The notes below the pieces were generated by a model. That model did no database searches. It was not told where the DNA came from and was given only the letters and a program-made list of their open reading frames with translations. 64,000 bases of DNA, taken from positions 100,132-164,131 of the forward strand of contig MCFE01000116.1 in assembly GCA_002104905.1 (NCBI GenBank), read 5' to 3'. The stretch is from Basidiobolus meristosporus CBS 931.73. Its lineage: Eukaryota > Fungi > Basidiobolomycota. Below are positions 60,530-64,000 of this stretch, in pieces (the first letter of the stretch is position 1; each line of letters starts with the position of its first letter). The translations under genes were made by a program, and so were the position numbers.

Positions 60530-62897
60530 AGAGTCACCAACTGGTGAAATCTTTATTTCAGTTGAAACAAAGAAGCCAGCGCTACTGTTGTAGCTTTGAT
60601 ACAAGAGTTTGTAGCTGAAGGGAATTTGTAGGTAAGTTAATGAGAAGTGATGATAGTTCTTCAGTGCTCAAGACTCTTCAGTGGGAAGGGGGGTAGCAAG
60701 AGAGGTAAGAATGACTTGTGAACAACATTAATGAGGGGAATGTGATAAGGATTGATATTCATCATAAAGGGAGTGTGCTGCTGCAGATATTGCTGCCAAA
60801 GGCCTGTCAAGTACTTCAGGTAGGCCAGCTTGGGTTTTTCTGACTGCAGAATATAATGAGCAAACTTCTTGACTTCAGGATCTCCAAGTATAGTTCTCCA
60901 GCAGGAGCCAGGTGTAGTATGGTGTGTTCTCTTCCAGGCCTTAATAAGTGGGTTGTTGCAGTTGTGAAGTCTGAGATATAATCTGGTTCTGAGGTAGAGA
61001 AGTCTGATCTTATAGGCATAAACCCAAAAGCACCAAGAATAGCATGTCTGTAGGGGCATTCAGGCAAATGAGGCACCAAGGAGGTAATGCACCATACTGC
61101 AAACTTGTCAAGCTTAGTGCAGTCTCTAGTAGTAAGAGTGAGAAGTGGTAAGCCAAATTCCAGGACAGGGAAGACAAACTGCTTGAATAGAAGGAGGCAG
61201 CTGGGAGCTGAAGTTGTAGGAGGAGTAACAGCCAGTAGCTTGTGGAGTGCCTGTCTTGCCAGGATAATTCTCTTCTTCAGGTGTGCTCCAGAGTCTAGTC
61301 CAGTAGAAAGGAAAGGAAAGCCAACATATGTAGCAGGAACCTGAGCATGTAGAGTGGAGTTCTCCAAGTTGATGGGAGAGCTCAAAGGTACTGTCTTTGC
61401 AATGGAAAGCAGGAGATTATTCTTCTGCAGATACTGGTGAATGGTCTGGGAGTCTTGTTGCACATTGGAGGAGGATATTCTGATGTCATCAGCAGAGCAA
61501 GCAACCAGGCAGTCAGCTGAGAGTCTTGGGAAATCATTCAGGAAGATGGCAAACAGTATAGGACCAAGCACAGAGCCTTGAACCACTCCATTGGAACTGA
61601 GAACACAGCTGATTGCTCACTTGGGTGAAGAATTCTTGCTTGTGGATCCAGAAACAGAGACCTGACAAGGAGGGTGAGAGATGTACAGGAGAAGCATTGC
61701 AACTTAGACCAAAGCCAATTTCTGTCAACTGAATTAAAGGCCTCAGTAATTTCAAATAGAACAGACGGATATTTGCACTAGAGAGAGTGATCTTGGCAAA
61801 GTATGACTGCATATTCCAAGGAGAGGCCAGGAACAAAGCCAAACTGTGCAGGGTGAAACTTGAGGGAGTCAGAGTAAAGCTACTGAGCAAGCAGAAGCTC
61901 AAACACCTTTCTGCAGGTGGGCAGCAGAGATATTGGCCTGTAGGAGTTAGGATCCAGGTGCTTTCCTTTATCCTTGTACAGTGGCAGAACATTTGCAAAG
62001 GACCATTCCTCAGGAGTAGAAACCTGGCCTGAGCATTGCTGAAACAGTGGAAGCAGAAGTGCAGACATGGCCTTGGTACTAGTCTTCAGAAGCTCATAGG
62101 AGATTGTGTCCACACCTGGGGCAGTAGAGTTGGGAAGACTCTTGAGCACATTATGGATTCTCCCCTGATCAAGTGCAAGTGGGATGGGCAGAGTCTTGAA
62201 GTCAGGATGAAAGCCAGGAGTTGAGTACTGCTTTGTAGAGAAGAAGATGTTAGCCAGCTGTTCTGTTGAAGGTAACTTCCTGGAAGAGGGCCTCATTGCC
62301 CTGTAGAGTCTTGATACTGTTCTTGTTACAGAGTTGGAAGATTGCAGAGGCAAAGAATTCATAATTTGATCCCAGAGCTGAGCATGCAGAGTGTGGTGAA
62401 TTGCGTTGGAGTGGTGTATGGCTGTCAGGAGGAGTTTCTCTGTTTTTGGGTTAGGGAAATTCAGGTAGCTTTGTTGCAGGGCTGAAACATTGGATTCCCA
62501 TTTTCTTGAGGTAACAGCAGTAGTCTTGCATGGCAGTGAGTGGGAGGCAGAGACCAGAATCAGATGCTTCACAAAGACCCAGGCATAGTTGTGATCATCT
62601 GACAGAGAAAGTAGCAAACTGGCAAGCTTCAAGTAGTTCCCAAAGTCTTTCTTCTGATTCTTGGTAGCTTTGTGGGTGAGCACAGTAAGTTTTAGCAGCT
62701 TCTTCTTCACAACTGGTTGCATAGAAAGGGACCAGGCTGGGTGGTCAGAGGCCCCCAAGGATCCTAGCTCAGCTCCAGAGAATTGCATAACTTCATTCAC
62801 AAAGTAGAGGGCAGCAGCAGAAGGGCAGATCTAGTCAACACATCTTTTCTCAGATTCAGCACCTAGTGCTAGCAGATGGCTTTCTCTCAGGAAGTTC
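60530..62897 (-). mobile_element. 5'-truncated, inactivated non-LTR (LINE) retrotransposon ORF2: APE C-terminal stub + reverse transcriptase
   Basis: SDH motif, APGVDTISYELLK, YRPISLL, QFGF, GVVQGSVLGPILF and ADD; in-frame TAG stops and frameshifts; bounded by TTAGGG stubs. Confidence 0.88.
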
Positions 62898-62911
62898 TTA
62901 GGGTTAGGGGG

Positions 62912-63794
62912 ATGATCATCACCAAAGGGTGAAATCTTTATTTAAATAATAAATAAAGAAGCCAAGTTTGAATATGAATATCTGAGATGCAGGAAGCCTA
63001 CAAGATAAACTTGGACTTTGCTGTATCCCAAATATCCTCAATATCAAAGTCTAGAGGAGAGTGTAGCAAGACTGCTTGTTCACTGTAGTATTTCTTGAGG
63101 AAGTTTGTGACTTGAAGGGAAGGAGAGTTTTTCAACAAGCTGGTAAATCTTTTGAGGAGTTCTTTTTCCAGAGAGAATGGCACAAAGAGTGGAATGTCCA
63201 AATGATGTCTGAATATATGCTCTGAGAGCTCCCAATCCAGCATATTTTTGACTTCTTCTGTAAAATCTTCAACAATATCTTTGTCAAGAATAACTTCCAA
63301 GAGATCCCTGGCAATGTACTGAATGTTAATAATCTTGGGCATATGAATACCTAGGTCCTTGAGGTAGTTTCTTTGTTCTGATATTGGGAGATATCCTGCA
63401 TTTCTGAAATAGCAAACAGCCCAGTTGGCAGTAGGAGGAGTATCAGGGCTGACAGGGAATTTTCTTCTAGCTTTAGAGTGCACTGGCTTAGGAGACTGTC
63501 TTGATGGAAGGGCAGCTGGTTTTGGATGAGCTTGAAGTGCTTGGGAGTAGGTCTGAGTACAAGTAGTAGAAGTTCCTGGTTGCTGAGAATTTTCAGATTG
63601 ACTGGATGAAGAGCTAATTGAGGGGTTGCAAGGTAAGGAAGAAGCTGAAAGAGAAGTGGAGAGGGCTGGGTGAAGTTCAGAAAGAGTTTTGAAAAGAATT
63701 TGGATCTGAGATTTCAACATTGAGTTTTCAGCTTCAAGAAGAGAAACTCTTTGTTCAAGGTAAGAAGTCTGTAAAGAGTGTAAGTTGGGTAAAG
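62912..63794 (-). mobile_element. ORF1 (gag-like)-only retroelement unit, 5'-truncated by the telomere
   Basis: Frame open from the telomere junction through the ATG at 63720 to the stop at 62998; coiled coil, TYSQA motif, RRM-like region; shares the 3' terminus of the RT unit. Confidence 0.65.
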
Positions 63795-64000
63795 AGGGTT
63801 AGGGTTAGGGTTAGGGTTAGGGTTAGGGTTAGGGTTAGGGTTAGGGTTAGGGTTAGGGTTAGGGTTAGGGTTAGGGTTAGGGTTAGGGTTAGGGTTAGGG
63901 TTAGGGTTAGGGTTAGGGTTAGGGTTAGGGTTAGGGTTAGGGTTAGGGTTAGGGTTAGGGTTAGGGTTAGGGTTAGGGTTAGGGTTAGGGTTAGGGTTAG
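63795..64000 (+). repeat. Telomere (TTAGGG)n
   Basis: About 33 perfect units running to the end of the window, G-rich strand 5'-3' toward the end. Confidence 0.99.

Noticed and set aside
60494-62932. Hammerhead ribozyme or Penelope-like (Coprina/Athena) assignment for the telomeric element
   Set aside because: No CUGANGA core next to the hairpin on either strand, and the RT motifs (APGxD, YRPISLL, QGSVLGP) are LINE-type.
1-64000. tRNA, rRNA or other structured RNA genes
   Set aside because: None recognised by eye; a tRNAscan-SE or Infernal run would be needed to exclude them.

Overview
Right-hand end of a fungal chromosome, ending in (TTAGGG)n at 63795-64000. Short GT-AG introns, DAL3, an XIP-type aquaporin and CBM19-like modules point to a fungus; an early-diverging lineage such as Zoopagomycota is inference only. 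There are four zones. (1) 1-23.0 kb: a tandem array, already in progress at the window start, of at least 25 tiny intronless genes. Each encodes signal peptide + 13-aa pro-segment + KR-DLHDFCGGWFCGHV-KR + tail. The 14-mer is nearly invariant across three otherwise unalignable precursor classes, has an N-terminal Asp-Leu-His (ATCUN-type) motif and a CGGWFC ring, and the promoters share TTCnnnGAA exactly 13 nt before the TATA box. This is the best candidate for an undescribed system. (2) 24.5-36.4 kb: housekeeping genes (DAL3, RPS1/eS1, G-protein beta, FCP1, EAF3, ETF-alpha). (3) 38-56 kb: subtelomeric secreted and membrane proteins (triple CBM19-like protein, Kre9-like protein with a KR-FAWG-KR cassette, PY-motif membrane protein, 1980-aa mucin, UNC-93-like pseudogene, atypical XIP aquaporin). 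(4) 57-64 kb: a CpG-depleted zone with a rearranged copia relic and a head-to-tail chain of telomere-associated non-LTR retroelement units separated by TTAGGG stubs, including an ORF1-only unit cut directly by the telomere. All calls are by eye; no database searches were run.
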